Counted from the stretch's first letter, positions 1 through 9,145 are shown. The stretch is DNA of 64,000 nucleotides from an uncultured Candidatus Saccharibacteria bacterium (GCA_964520645.1 CAZFND010000002.1:9424-73423); one strand, 5' to 3'. Notes: generated by a model not told the origin, from the sequence alone. Made by a program: numbers and translations.

Positions 1-54
1 GGTACAAGAAAATATACCAAAAAACGGGAAAAAGTCTAGAGTTGGAGCCTTTCT

Positions 55-786
55 CTACATTTCTAAGATAAATTTCTCGAGCGCTACATCAAAGTCGTGT
101 ATCCCCCGTCGAGCATTGTGATAGATACTAATAAGATTACTTGAGATTTTCTTGAGCTCAGGTAAAGAGAAATTTTGTGCAAAGCCAAGAGACTTTTGAT
201 AGACAAATGGATTAAGTCCTGCTTCAGCCGCACTTTTTGTTTGAAGTGCAAGAAGAGTAGCTTTGATTTGCCAAAAGAGAATGCCATGTATTTCTTCATC
301 AGCTATTTCTCGCTGTTTGGCTTTTGTATACAGCACCCAAAGCTGCTTTTTATCTCTCCTGCCAAGAGCATCGGTAAGGCTAAATATATTGAAGTCTTTT
401 ATTTTAACCGCCCCCACACTAGAGGGTGTATCGAGTTCAAATTCTTGAATCTTCTCAGCATTCTTTTCAAACTTAGTAACTTCGGTTTTATTGAGTTCCC
501 CTTCGAGAAAAACAAATACGTTATCTGAAGCAGCTATATCTTTAATTCTTTTTAAAATTACTTCTTTTGCATCTTTATTTCTAAAGACATTGTCCACCTC
601 GATAATCGACTTACTAGCAAAAAGTCCAAGGCCACTGATATGTTCATCAAGCTCTGCTTCATTGAAGTTTTCATCCGTGATCTTAAGATGTGACGCATCA
701 GGCTTCTTTTTTAATAAAGAATTAACGAGATCATGAAGTTTCTCGCGTGACTTATCTATATTCGAGCCATACAACAAATAAATCAT
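55..786 (-). CDS. holA: DNA polymerase III delta subunit-like (HolA family)
   Basis: 243 aa ORF with delta-subunit-like N-terminus (MIYLLYG...), located directly upstream of polA; family call from overall pattern, no diagnostic motif. Confidence 0.5.
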   Translation of the reverse strand: MIYLLYGSNIDKSREKLHDLVNSLLKKKPDASHLKITDENFNEAELDEHISGLGLFASKSIIEVDNVFRNKDAKEVILKRIKDIAASDNVFVFLEGELNKTEVTKFEKNAEKIQEFELDTPSSVGAVKIKDFNIFSLTDALGRRDKKQLWVLYTKAKQREIADEEIHGILFWQIKATLLALQTKSAAEAGLNPFVYQKSLGFAQNFSLPELKKISSNLISIYHNARRGIHDFDVALEKFILEM

Positions 787-787
787 A

Positions 788-3220
788 TTAGAGTTCTTTC
801 ATACTTCCCCAACTCTCACCTACAGCGCAGTTTGCTTTGAGCACTACACCGGAAGTAGCTTCGAGGGGCAAGATATTTTGCATAATCTCTTTTATTTTTT
901 CACTAAGTGCCTGTACTCGATTATTTTTAATTTCAAAAATAAGTTCATCGTGCACTTGCAGCAAAAGATAAGCCTCTTCATCTAATTGCTGATCTTTTAT
1001 ATAGTCAGTAATTTTTATCATCGCGAGCTTAATAATATCAGCCTGACTTCCTTGAATCGGAGCATTGATAGCCATGCGTTCTGCACTAGCTTTGATAAAG
1101 GGAATTTTAGACTTAATTCCTTCAAAGTATCTTCGACGACCAAACACTGTTTCTGTATATCCATTACGTTCTGTTTCTGCTTTTACGTTATCAAGATATG
1201 TTGCAAGACCGGTAAATGTTTCAAAATAATCATTATAAAACTTTTGTGCCTCTTCACGTTTTGTTTCTTTGCCCAAGTTTGCACGCAAAGCATTTACACC
1301 CATACCGTAGAGAATGCCGAAGTTAATTACCTTTGCTTTGCGACGCATTTCTTTATCTACAGCTTCTGGTGCAACCTTAAATACTCGGGCCGCAACTTCA
1401 GTATGCACATCTCTTCCAGATTTAAATATCTCAATAAGATTTTCATCACCTGAAAGGAAAGCAGCAATACGAAGCTCGATTTGAGAATAGTCAAAAGCTA
1501 CGAGCTTAAATCCTTGTTCCGCAATAAATGCCCCACGAATATTTCTTCCTAATTCTGATTTAATAGGAATGTTTTGAAGGTTTGGATTGATCGATGCCAT
1601 TCGCCCAGTCGCTGCTCCTATTTGGAGGAATGTTGTATGCAGACGACTATCTGATTCAATAAGATTTGGAAGACTATCTATATATGTAGAAAGCAGCTTC
1701 TGTAACTCTCTGTATTGGAGAATAGAAGAAATTATAGGATGTAAGTCACGCATCTTCTCAAGTTCTGATTCTCGCGTCGATGCAGCACCTCCTGCAGTTT
1801 TCTTGAGGCCTTTTACTTTAAGCTGCATTTTTTCAAATAGAATAGAACCAAGTTGTCGTGGAGAATTAATATTGAATTCTTCACCTGCTTGTTCCCAAAT
1901 TTCTTTCTGAAGTTTTTCTAGTTCTTTATGATACTCTACACTTAAGTTTTTTAAATAGTTAGTATCGACTTTAATTCCCCGATCATGCATTGCATCAACA
2001 ACAGGAATAAGAGGGAGTTCTATATCGACATAAATTTTCTTGAGATTTCTTTTTTCTATTTCTGCAAGAATTGCTTCTCGCGCTGGAGCAAATGTTTCTT
2101 GCTTCGTAAATTGTAATATATCCTCAAGCTGTGGCTCCGATTGATTTGAATCAATGACAGAAAGTGCAAGCGCTGTTTCTCTAAGAATTTTTGGATCTAC
2201 ATTCTCTTTTATTTTTGGAAGTGAATTTTGAGAAGCATCAGGTGTGTCGCCAAATGCATCAGTCATTCCCAAGACTTCTTTGACGCGAGTACCAAGCATT
2301 TTAAATTCGAGTCGCTTAAATAGTGTTTCTACCGCTTTAATATCTACTGATTCTTTCCATTCTTTTTCTGGCAAAGAAAATTCTATGGGAGCATCCCGTC
2401 GTATAGTCGCAAGCATTTTTGAAAACAATGCTTCTTCCTCTCCTTCTGTAATAAGAGCAACAATCCGATCTGTGATTCCTGCTTCTTCTTTAAATTTTTT
2501 AGGATCTTTTTTGAGAACTTTGTACATATTCTCAATAGTGCCAAACTTTTGAATAAGAATTGTTGCTGTCTTTTCTCCAATACCTTTTATTCCAATAATA
2601 TTATCTGATGGATCACCTCTCAGTCCTTTGTAATCAGGAAGAAGAAGTGGACCAAAACCATAACGCTCTTTTACTCCCTCTTCGTCATACATGACAGTAT
2701 CTTTAATGCCTTTTCTTAAGGTATACACTTGGACGCGCTTATCATCAACAAGCTGCACCGTATCCATGTCTCCTGATGCAATGACAATGTCTATATCTTT
2801 ATTTTTTTTCATCTGCTCACAAATAGTGCCGAGCATATCATCTGCCTCAAAGCCAGGCTTGTCATATATAGGAATAGAAAAAGCAGTGAAAATATCTCGT
2901 GAACTTATCATCTGTGCGACAAGAGCTTCATCTGCTTTCTTGCGACCAGCTTTATAATCCTTATATGCTTCGTGTCTATATGTTGCCTGAGGCAAGTCGT
3001 AACATGCCACTACATAATTAGGTTTAAGTTCTTCTATTATTTTCAAAATCATTGCTGCAAGGCCATATAGTGCGCCTGTTGGCTCACCCTTACTTGAAGC
3101 AAAGTCAGGCATAGCATGATATGCCCGGTGCAATATTGCATGTGCATCTAGTAAAATGAGTTTCTTGCTGTGGTTCGCCGAAGCTTTTTGCGAAGGCGAC
3201 TTTGTTGTTAGTTTAGGCAT
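788..3220 (-). CDS. polA: DNA polymerase I (5'-3' exonuclease + polymerase domains; no recognisable 3'-5' proofreading domain)
   Basis: 810 aa; N-terminal FEN-type 5' nuclease motifs (ILLDAHAILHRAYHA, GFEADDMLGT); C-terminal family-A polymerase motifs (RRKAKVINFGILYGMG, QVHDELIFE). Confidence 0.85.
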   Translation of the reverse strand: MPKLTTKSPSQKASANHSKKLILLDAHAILHRAYHAMPDFASSKGEPTGALYGLAAMILKIIEELKPNYVVACYDLPQATYRHEAYKDYKAGRKKADEALVAQMISSRDIFTAFSIPIYDKPGFEADDMLGTICEQMKKNKDIDIVIASGDMDTVQLVDDKRVQVYTLRKGIKDTVMYDEEGVKERYGFGPLLLPDYKGLRGDPSDNIIGIKGIGEKTATILIQKFGTIENMYKVLKKDPKKFKEEAGITDRIVALITEGEEEALFSKMLATIRRDAPIEFSLPEKEWKESVDIKAVETLFKRLEFKMLGTRVKEVLGMTDAFGDTPDASQNSLPKIKENVDPKILRETALALSVIDSNQSEPQLEDILQFTKQETFAPAREAILAEIEKRNLKKIYVDIELPLIPVVDAMHDRGIKVDTNYLKNLSVEYHKELEKLQKEIWEQAGEEFNINSPRQLGSILFEKMQLKVKGLKKTAGGAASTRESELEKMRDLHPIISSILQYRELQKLLSTYIDSLPNLIESDSRLHTTFLQIGAATGRMASINPNLQNIPIKSELGRNIRGAFIAEQGFKLVAFDYSQIELRIAAFLSGDENLIEIFKSGRDVHTEVAARVFKVAPEAVDKEMRRKAKVINFGILYGMGVNALRANLGKETKREEAQKFYNDYFETFTGLATYLDNVKAETERNGYTETVFGRRRYFEGIKSKIPFIKASAERMAINAPIQGSQADIIKLAMIKITDYIKDQQLDEEAYLLLQVHDELIFEIKNNRVQALSEKIKEIMQNILPLEATSGVVLKANCAVGESWGSMKEL

Positions 3221-3221
3221 A

Positions 3222-3659
3222 TTATTCTCGTATATCTATCTCTCGGGTGTTTTCGTCTATAAAAGTGAAAAAAATTTTTTGGACTACGTCAGGAATAATA
3301 TCATCAACTTTTTCTGGCCATTCTATAAGAATGAGATTTCCGGGTTCTGAAGTTATTTCGTGCCAGCCAAGTGTTTCGAGTTCATCAGCACGCTCTAATC
3401 TGTATGCATCAATGTGAATAAGATGTGAAAAGGCTTTATTTTCTAATTTATATATTTTTTCTATTACAAACGTAGGACTCGTCACAGTTTCGGTAACTCC
3501 TAATGCTTCTGCAACAAACTGTGTGAACGTTGTCTTCCCTGCTCCAAGATCACCATAGAGACACACAATAGTAGCCGCAGACACATTTTGGGTGAGTGCT
3601 TTAATAAAATCAGTGGCTAGTTGCTGAGTTTGAGCGGGACTATTCGTACGAAATTTCAT
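3222..3659 (-). CDS. tsaE: tRNA threonylcarbamoyladenosine biosynthesis protein TsaE
   Basis: Walker A GDLGAGKTTF, SPTF, HIDAYRL, IEWPE motifs. Start set at ATG 3657-3659 (MKFRTN). The longer ORF to 3755 reads through a GC-rich terminator and is not credible. Confidence 0.7.
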   Translation of the reverse strand: MKFRTNSPAQTQQLATDFIKALTQNVSAATIVCLYGDLGAGKTTFTQFVAEALGVTETVTSPTFVIEKIYKLENKAFSHLIHIDAYRLERADELETLGWHEITSEPGNLILIEWPEKVDDIIPDVVQKIFFTFIDENTREIDIRE

Positions 3660-3680
3660 AGAAGTATAGTACCACAGACA

Positions 3681-3713
3681 AAAAAAGACGCTCGCCGGTG
3701 AGGGCGAGCGTCG
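3681..3713 (-). terminator. GC-rich intrinsic terminator (GACGCTCGCC-ggtgag-GGCGAGCGTC followed by T6 on minus strand)
   Basis: Perfect 10 bp stem plus U-run immediately 3' of the lipoprotein ORF stop. Confidence 0.6.
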
Positions 3714-3730
3714 GGGTGAAGAAACAAAGA

Positions 3731-4024
3731 TCAGTAGTTGCTGGACGGGCGGCATTCGGTGCGGTTGGTGTTGGTGTGGCTGGTCTTGTAGTCGCGGACA
3801 TCCACGTTGATGGGATATCCATTGCCACGACCACCTCCGTGCCAGGTCATGTCCGACCCAAAACGAACCGGGCCGTTACTGCGGACATCCCGCACGTAGT
3901 CCACCCTGGCCCCGTCCTTGTGCAGCTCCTCGTGGAACGAGGTCTCATGGTACACACGGCAGCCGGACATGAGGCTCAGCGACGCAACGATCACAACGAG
4001 AAGCGCGAAACGGGAAGTATTCAT
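3731..4024 (-). CDS. small secreted lipoprotein-like protein encoded in a GC-rich (~60%) insert
   Basis: 97 aa; signal peptide ending LMSG-C (lipobox-like) and Gly-rich mature part. Local GC is far above flanks; own terminator present. Confidence 0.45.
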   Translation of the reverse strand: MNTSRFALLVVIVASLSLMSGCRVYHETSFHEELHKDGARVDYVRDVRSNGPVRFGSDMTWHGGGRGNGYPINVDVRDYKTSHTNTNRTECRPSSNY

Positions 4025-4156
4025 AGACAGAGCTCCCTAAAGGGTTGGTTTCGGATCACTATTGAACTGTGTATATTATACCATATCGGTATATATTGTC
4101 AATGGGTGTATGAGTGGTTTGTTTGTGGCTTCAAACCAAGGTATTATTACTGATAT

Positions 4157-5833
4157 ATGATCCAATTTGACGAAGATAAGCAGAATAAAAAAGTAGACGA
4201 ATTACTCCATGACGAGCAAGAAGAACTCGCGCATACCCTCTCCCGCAAGTACGGCATCAATTATATAGATCTCACTACTGTTGCAGTAAATAGTGATGCA
4301 CTTCGTGTGATTAGTGAAGCTGAAGCACGAGCGGCAAAGCTTGCAGTGTTTGATATTGTTGCCAAGAAAATAAAAGTTGCAGTACAAGCCCCTGAAAACG
4401 AAGAAACAAAAAAGACTCTTGAAATATTTAAAGAAAATGGCTACATCGTGACTTTGTATATGGTTTCACTTCAAAGTCTTGAAAAAGTTTGGGGACGCTA
4501 TGCAGACCTTTCATTCTCAACTCAAACAAAAGGAGGTGCATTTGATATTTCTAGTGAAGAAATTGAGAAATTTTTGCAGAATGTTCATTCTCTAGAAGAT
4601 GTGAAGAAACTTATCTTCGAAACAATTGGCCAAAAGCAGACGTATAAGATTACAAAAATATTAGAAATTATTATTGCGGGCGCTCTTGCTCTTAAAGTTT
4701 CTGATATTCATATGGAGCCTGAAGAAAAAACAGTGCGTATCCGCTATCGACTCGACGGAGTACTTATGGATATTCTCGAACTCGCGAGTGACACCTTTGG
4801 ACTCCTCCTCTCTCGTATCAAGCTTATCGCAGGAATGAAACTCAATGTCACAGGATCTCAAGATGGACGATTTAGTATCGGTGTAGCAAATACAGAAATT
4901 GAAATTCGTGCATCTATTCTACCGAGTGCATACAATGAGTCTATTGTGCTTCGTGTACTTAATCCTGATTCAATTTCAGTACCATTTGAAGATCTTGGAA
5001 TTTCTCCTCGATTACTCAAAATTCTCGAACGAGAAATCAATCGTCCCGAAGGAATGGTGTTGACCACAGGCCCTACTGGATCAGGAAAGACCACAACGCT
5101 GTATGCGTTTATTAAAAAAGTATTTAGTCCTGAGATTAAGATTATTACAATCGAAAATCCTATCGAATATCACGTACCAGGTATTGTGCAAACTCAGACC
5201 GATGCAGACAAAGGCTACACATTCCTCGAAGGACTTCGCTCTGCTTTGCGACAAGACCCTGATGTAATCATGGTGGGAGAAATTCGAGATCAAGAAACAG
5301 CAGAAATTGCTATTAATGCCGCCCTAACTGGTCACTTGGTGTTCTCTACACTTCACACAAATAATGCAGCTGGAACATTCCCCCGCCTCATCGATCTTGG
5401 GGTAAACGCAAAAATTATTCCATCAGCAGTAAGTGTATCTATGGCACAACGACTCGTGCGCAAGCTCTGCCTACATTGCAAAAAAGAAATTCAGCTAGAA
5501 GGTAGAACAAAAGATGTTATTGAAAAAACATTTAAGAGTATAAAAAATCCTGATGAGTACATCGATCATGTTCCAACATCAATTTTTGAACCTGTTGGCT
5601 GTGTTACGTGTAATATGACAGGTTATATGGGACGACTGGGAATTTATGAAGCAATTTTGCGCACCGCAGAAATAGAAAAAGCGATAAAAGATAATCCAAG
5701 TGAACGTGATATATGGAAAGCAGCAGAAAATCAAAATATTTTGAACATGAAACAAGATGGAGTGATAAAAATATTAAAAGGAATCACCTCTTTACCAGAG
5801 CTTGAGCGTGTTGTAGATGTAGAAAATGACTAG
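4157..5833 (+). CDS. pilB: type IV pilus/T2SS assembly ATPase (PilB/GspE family) with C-terminal tetracysteine motif, orphan copy
   Basis: Walker A GPTGSGKTT, Asp box DPDVIMVGEIRD, His box LTGHLVFSTLHTN, CLHC...CVTC zinc motif; N-terminal GspE_N-like region. Confidence 0.8.
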   Translation: MIQFDEDKQNKKVDELLHDEQEELAHTLSRKYGINYIDLTTVAVNSDALRVISEAEARAAKLAVFDIVAKKIKVAVQAPENEETKKTLEIFKENGYIVTLYMVSLQSLEKVWGRYADLSFSTQTKGGAFDISSEEIEKFLQNVHSLEDVKKLIFETIGQKQTYKITKILEIIIAGALALKVSDIHMEPEEKTVRIRYRLDGVLMDILELASDTFGLLLSRIKLIAGMKLNVTGSQDGRFSIGVANTEIEIRASILPSAYNESIVLRVLNPDSISVPFEDLGISPRLLKILEREINRPEGMVLTTGPTGSGKTTTLYAFIKKVFSPEIKIITIENPIEYHVPGIVQTQTDADKGYTFLEGLRSALRQDPDVIMVGEIRDQETAEIAINAALTGHLVFSTLHTNNAAGTFPRLIDLGVNAKIIPSAVSVSMAQRLVRKLCLHCKKEIQLEGRTKDVIEKTFKSIKNPDEYIDHVPTSIFEPVGCVTCNMTGYMGRLGIYEAILRTAEIEKAIKDNPSERDIWKAAENQNILNMKQDGVIKILKGITSLPELERVVDVEND

Positions 5834-5840
5834 AAAACAA

Positions 5841-5875
5841 ATCGAGCAATCTTCAAGATTGCTCGATTGTTTAAA
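5841..5875 (+). terminator. hairpin (ATCGAGCAATCT/AGATTGCTCGAT) after pilB-like gene
   Basis: 12 bp perfect stem directly after the stop; weak T-tract (TGTTTAAAA). Confidence 0.4.
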
Positions 5876-5900
5876 AGGAGTACTATATTGATGTGTGGAA

Positions 5901-6083
5901 TATAAAAATCCACTTCATAAATCTCTAGGCAATACTTTTAACCTGACGTTAGAAGTTAAACATCCCTCTAAGGAGAATCCCAGCGATCACGCCGAGGCGA
6001 GAAAACCAGAGTTTCCTCGAAAAAATGCTATGATGCCATAAATGGCCCTTTGCCTAGAGACTTATATAGTGGATTTTTAAAAA
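5901..6083. repeat. imperfect ~30 bp inverted repeat arms enclosing ~117 nt (palindromic element / candidate structured RNA)
   Basis: Left arm tataaaaatccacttcataaatctctaggcaa pairs with right arm ttgcctagagacttatatagtggattttta (11+11 bp perfect with 4 mismatches between). Confidence 0.4.
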
Positions 6084-6185
6084 AACAGCCTCTTTGATGA
6101 GGTTGTTAGTAGTTTATCACGAAAGGCATTTAGTGTCAACCCCGACTCCCCTCTTGCATGGCTCTAATTATGATAGAATGTCTGT

Positions 6186-7229
6186 ATGACTCAACCTCCT
6201 AATGAGCAAGAAAATAACTTCGAACCTCAAGTTCCGCCTCAAGAAGAGAGCACTTTTCTTGATACTACCCTTCGACCTTCTCGTTGGGATGAATACATTG
6301 GCCAAAAAAATATAAAAGATAATTTAAAAATACTTCTCAAAGCTGCAGAAGAACGCAATCATCCTCCTGAGCACATTCTTTTTTATGGTCCACCAGGTTT
6401 GGGAAAGACAACACTCGCTCATCTTATTGCAAAAGAGATGAAGACTCAGATGAAAGTAACATCTGGCCCAGCAATAGAAAAAGTAGGCGATCTTGCTTCT
6501 GTCCTTACAAATCTCTCTCCCGGCGATATTCTTTTTATAGATGAAATCCACCGACTCAATAAAGCAATTGAGGAAGTATTGTATCCTGCAATGGAATCAG
6601 GATCACTCGATATTATTATCGGCAAAGGACCTTCAGCACGTACAATCCAGCTCGATCTACCACCATTTACCTTGATAGCAGCTACTACTCGAATAGCACT
6701 CCTCTCTTCCCCACTTCGATCACGCTTTTCGGGTGGAGTCTTTCGTCTCGAATTTTATACACAAGAAGAAATTGAAGAAATTGTTCATCGCTCTGCGCAC
6801 ATTCTTGGAATTAGTATTGGAAAAGATGGAGCACAAGAAATTGCACGACGAAGCCGCTTCACTCCCCGCACTGCCAATTATTTCTTAAAGCGCTGCCGAG
6901 ATTTTGCTCAAGTAAATAAAACAGATCTTAATAAACAGACCGTCGACAAAGCACTCGCGCTATTAGGTATCGATGCAATGGGTCTAACTCATTCTGATAG
7001 AACGATTCTCGAAACTATAGTTAAAAAATTTAATGGCGGGCCGGTAGGACTTAATACTATTGCTGCGTCCCTCTCAGAAGAACAAGCAACCATCGAAGAA
7101 TATAATGAGCCCTACCTAATTCAGGTTGGAATGCTCGAGAGAACTTCACGAGGACGAGTAGTCACTGATGCTGGCTACAAACATTTGGGAGTAAAGAATC
7201 CAAATTTAGATCAGGACAAACTTTTGTAA
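6186..7229 (+). CDS. ruvB: Holliday junction branch migration helicase RuvB
   Basis: GPPGLGKTTLA Walker A, DEIHRL, full-length AAA+ RuvB pattern. Confidence 0.9.
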   Translation: MTQPPNEQENNFEPQVPPQEESTFLDTTLRPSRWDEYIGQKNIKDNLKILLKAAEERNHPPEHILFYGPPGLGKTTLAHLIAKEMKTQMKVTSGPAIEKVGDLASVLTNLSPGDILFIDEIHRLNKAIEEVLYPAMESGSLDIIIGKGPSARTIQLDLPPFTLIAATTRIALLSSPLRSRFSGGVFRLEFYTQEEIEEIVHRSAHILGISIGKDGAQEIARRSRFTPRTANYFLKRCRDFAQVNKTDLNKQTVDKALALLGIDAMGLTHSDRTILETIVKKFNGGPVGLNTIAASLSEEQATIEEYNEPYLIQVGMLERTSRGRVVTDAGYKHLGVKNPNLDQDKLL

Positions 7230-7233
7230 GCAC

Positions 7234-7289
7234 GTCCCTCTCCTGGTAAGGAGAGGGTGGCCGACTTCTTAGGAGGACGGGTGAGGCGG
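7234..7289. repeat. GC-rich palindromic element copy 1 (inverted orientation): CCCTCTCCTggtaAGGAGAGGG ... GGGTGAGGCGG
   Basis: Near-identical to copies at 7696-7744, 50628-50663 and 56147-56184. Confidence 0.7.
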
Positions 7290-7293
7290 TGAT

Positions 7294-7644
7294 TCATAGA
7301 GAATTCTGAATGACCTCTATTACCTTCTCAAACTCATTTTTAATATCTATATTCTTAAACCTAAGTACCATGTATCCTTGTTCTTCAAAGAACAAAGTTC
7401 TTTGATTGTCATATATTTTTGATTCAGCCTCATCATGAACTCCCCCATCAATTTCGATAATAAGCTTCGCTGCTGCACAATAAAAATCAACAATGTAATA
7501 TCCAATACTGTGCTGCCGCCTGAACTTAACACCTAAATTTCTATTTCGTAACACTTCCCAAAGCTTTTTTTCATAAAAAGTACCATTTCTTCTTAGTTCT
7601 TGTCTTCTTCTTTTTAATTCTCGAATATTGTGAATCTTTTTCAT
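7294..7644 (-). CDS. DUF559 endonuclease-like (Vsr/restriction-endonuclease fold) small protein
   Basis: 116 aa from MKKIHNIRE; motifs LWEVLRNRNLGVKFRRQHSIGYYIVDFYC...LIIEIDGGVHD typical of DUF559. The ORF-track N-terminal extension to 7809 is translation of the flanking repeat. Confidence 0.6.
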   Translation of the reverse strand: MKKIHNIRELKRRRQELRRNGTFYEKKLWEVLRNRNLGVKFRRQHSIGYYIVDFYCAAAKLIIEIDGGVHDEAESKIYDNQRTLFFEEQGYMVLRFKNIDIKNEFEKVIEVIQNSL

Positions 7645-7695
7645 ATCTTTACTGTACAGAAATAGTAATAAAGAGATCATAAAAATATTATAAAG

Positions 7696-7744
7696 CCGCC
7701 TCACCCGTCCTACGGACACCCTCTCCTTACCAGGAGAGGGACGG
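7696..7744. repeat. GC-rich palindromic element copy 2: CCGCCTCACCC-N12-CCCTCTCCTTACCAGGAGAGGG
   Basis: Inverted copy of 7234-7289 flanking the DUF559 gene. Confidence 0.7.
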
Positions 7745-7784
7745 TATATTTGATTTTCGAAAAGCATACGAGTATAGTTTGTGC

Positions 7785-8315
7785 ATGGCTGGACATAATA
7801 AATGGTCAAAAATTAAACGACAAAAAGGTGCTTCTGACGCACAGCGCAGTAAGCTTTTTAGTAAAATGGTCCGCTTTATTGGTGTAGAAGCAAAGAAAGC
7901 AAAGGGCAATCTCACATCCCCTGGACTCAAATCTGCTATCGACGCAGCGCGCGCTGCCAACATGCCCAATGACACTATCGAACGTGCTATCAAAAAGGCA
8001 ACAACCGACAACTCAGCTGATATGGAATCTATTACCTATGAAGCTTATGGACCTGGAGGCTCTGCCCTTATCATTGAAGCTTTGACGGATAACAGAAATA
8101 AAGCTGCTCAAGAAATAAAATTTATTTTAAGTAAAAATGGAGCATCCCTTGCAGCAATGGGTGCTGCTTCATGGGCATTCACCAAAGAAAATAATGAATG
8201 GGTTGCTCAAACCACCACTCCTCTATCTGAAGAAGATAGTACTAAGCTCGAAGCACTTATAAATGAGCTCGAGGACAACGACGAAGTACAAAACGTATAC
8301 ACTAACGCTGAATAA
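7785..8315 (+). CDS. yebC: YebC/PmpR family transcriptional regulator (short form with internal deletion)
   Basis: MAGHNKWSKIKRQKG, ITYEAYGPGGSALIIE, C-terminal LEDNDEVQNVYTN; ~60 aa shorter than canonical YebC. Confidence 0.75.
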   Translation: MAGHNKWSKIKRQKGASDAQRSKLFSKMVRFIGVEAKKAKGNLTSPGLKSAIDAARAANMPNDTIERAIKKATTDNSADMESITYEAYGPGGSALIIEALTDNRNKAAQEIKFILSKNGASLAAMGAASWAFTKENNEWVAQTTTPLSEEDSTKLEALINELEDNDEVQNVYTNAE

Positions 8316-8317
8316 GC

Positions 8318-8815
8318 ATGAGGATACTTGCTATAGATCCAGGGTACGAACGACTCGGTATCGCTGTACTTGAGAAAAAAGGGGGTTCAAAAAAAGAAGA
8401 ACTTCTTTTTTCTACCTGTTTCTTTACCTCAAAAGATCTCCCCCATCCTACCCGCCTCGCACTTGTAGGAAAAGAAATTGAACGAGTCATCAAAGAATAT
8501 ACACCTACTCAATTGGCGATAGAAACATTGTTTTTTAGTAAAAATACAAAAACAGCTCTACAGGTAGCCGAAACACGTGGAGTCATTCTTTACCAAGCGG
8601 CAGCATCTGGACTAAAAATACATGAGTATTCCCCTGCCTCTATAAAAATTGCAGTAACTGGATATGGCAAAAGTGATAAGGAGCATGTTATAGCAATGGT
8701 AAGCAAACTCATCACACTTTCTAAGAAGATTAAATATGATGATGAATATGATGCAATAGCTACTGGAATCACCTTTTTTGCTACGTATCGTCCGTTATCC
8801 CCAGAAAAAAGGTAA
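8318..8815 (+). CDS. ruvC: crossover junction endodeoxyribonuclease RuvC
   Basis: MRILAIDPGYERLGIAV N-terminus with catalytic Asp; position after yebC is typical. Confidence 0.85.
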   Translation: MRILAIDPGYERLGIAVLEKKGGSKKEELLFSTCFFTSKDLPHPTRLALVGKEIERVIKEYTPTQLAIETLFFSKNTKTALQVAETRGVILYQAAASGLKIHEYSPASIKIAVTGYGKSDKEHVIAMVSKLITLSKKIKYDDEYDAIATGITFFATYRPLSPEKR

Positions 8816-8886
8816 CGTTCTTGCATTTTTTTCTAGATTTGATAAAACGTAAACATTAAAAATAATTAGCTTTGGTTTAACGTTAT

Positions 8887-9105
8887 ATGGCAGGACAATA
8901 TTTTGATGATATAGATTTAAAAGAAGAAACTGATATTGATTTTTTTAGTAAAAAAAGTCCAGATGATGAAGATGACACTGAGGAAGAAATCGATGAAGAA
9001 GAAGATGATGAAATAGATGAAGAAGCAGACCAATTTAGTGATGATGACGAGGAAGAGGATGAATTCGCTGGTATGCACGAAGTAGACGAAGAAGAAATGG
9101 TATAA
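8887..9105 (+). CDS. small highly acidic (D/E-rich) protein
   Basis: 72 aa, >50% Asp/Glu; followed directly by a strong intrinsic terminator. Confidence 0.4.
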   Translation: MAGQYFDDIDLKEETDIDFFSKKSPDDEDDTEEEIDEEEDDEIDEEADQFSDDDEEEDEFAGMHEVDEEEMV

Positions 9106-9116
9106 CTCTCAACAAA

Positions 9117-9145
9117 ACATCCGCCCTAGGGCGGATGTTTTCTAT
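9117..9145. terminator. bidirectional intrinsic terminator (ACATCCGCCC-ta-GGGCGGATGT + TTTTCT)
   Basis: 10 bp perfect GC-rich stem with T-runs on both strands, between acidic ORF (+) and tyrS (-). Confidence 0.7.

Noticed and set aside
986-3350. Several 60-155 aa ORFs inside polA on the opposite strand
   Set aside because: Fully nested antisense in a well-supported 810 aa gene
3660-3755. N-terminal 32 aa extension of tsaE given by the ORF track
   Set aside because: It translates the GC-rich terminator hairpin; an ATG with TsaE-like N-terminus (MKFRTN) exists at 3659
3640-4153. ORFs 3698..4153 (+) and 3640..3834 (-) overlapping the GC-rich insert
   Set aside because: Antisense or overlapping frames in a GC-rich stretch, where stop codons are rare. 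The minus-strand lipoprotein ORF with signal peptide and downstream terminator is the better model
7645-7809. N-terminal extension of the DUF559 ORF, and ORF 7727..8011 (-)
   Set aside because: They read through the palindromic repeat (PSPGKERVSVGRVRR is the hairpin translated) or are antisense to yebC
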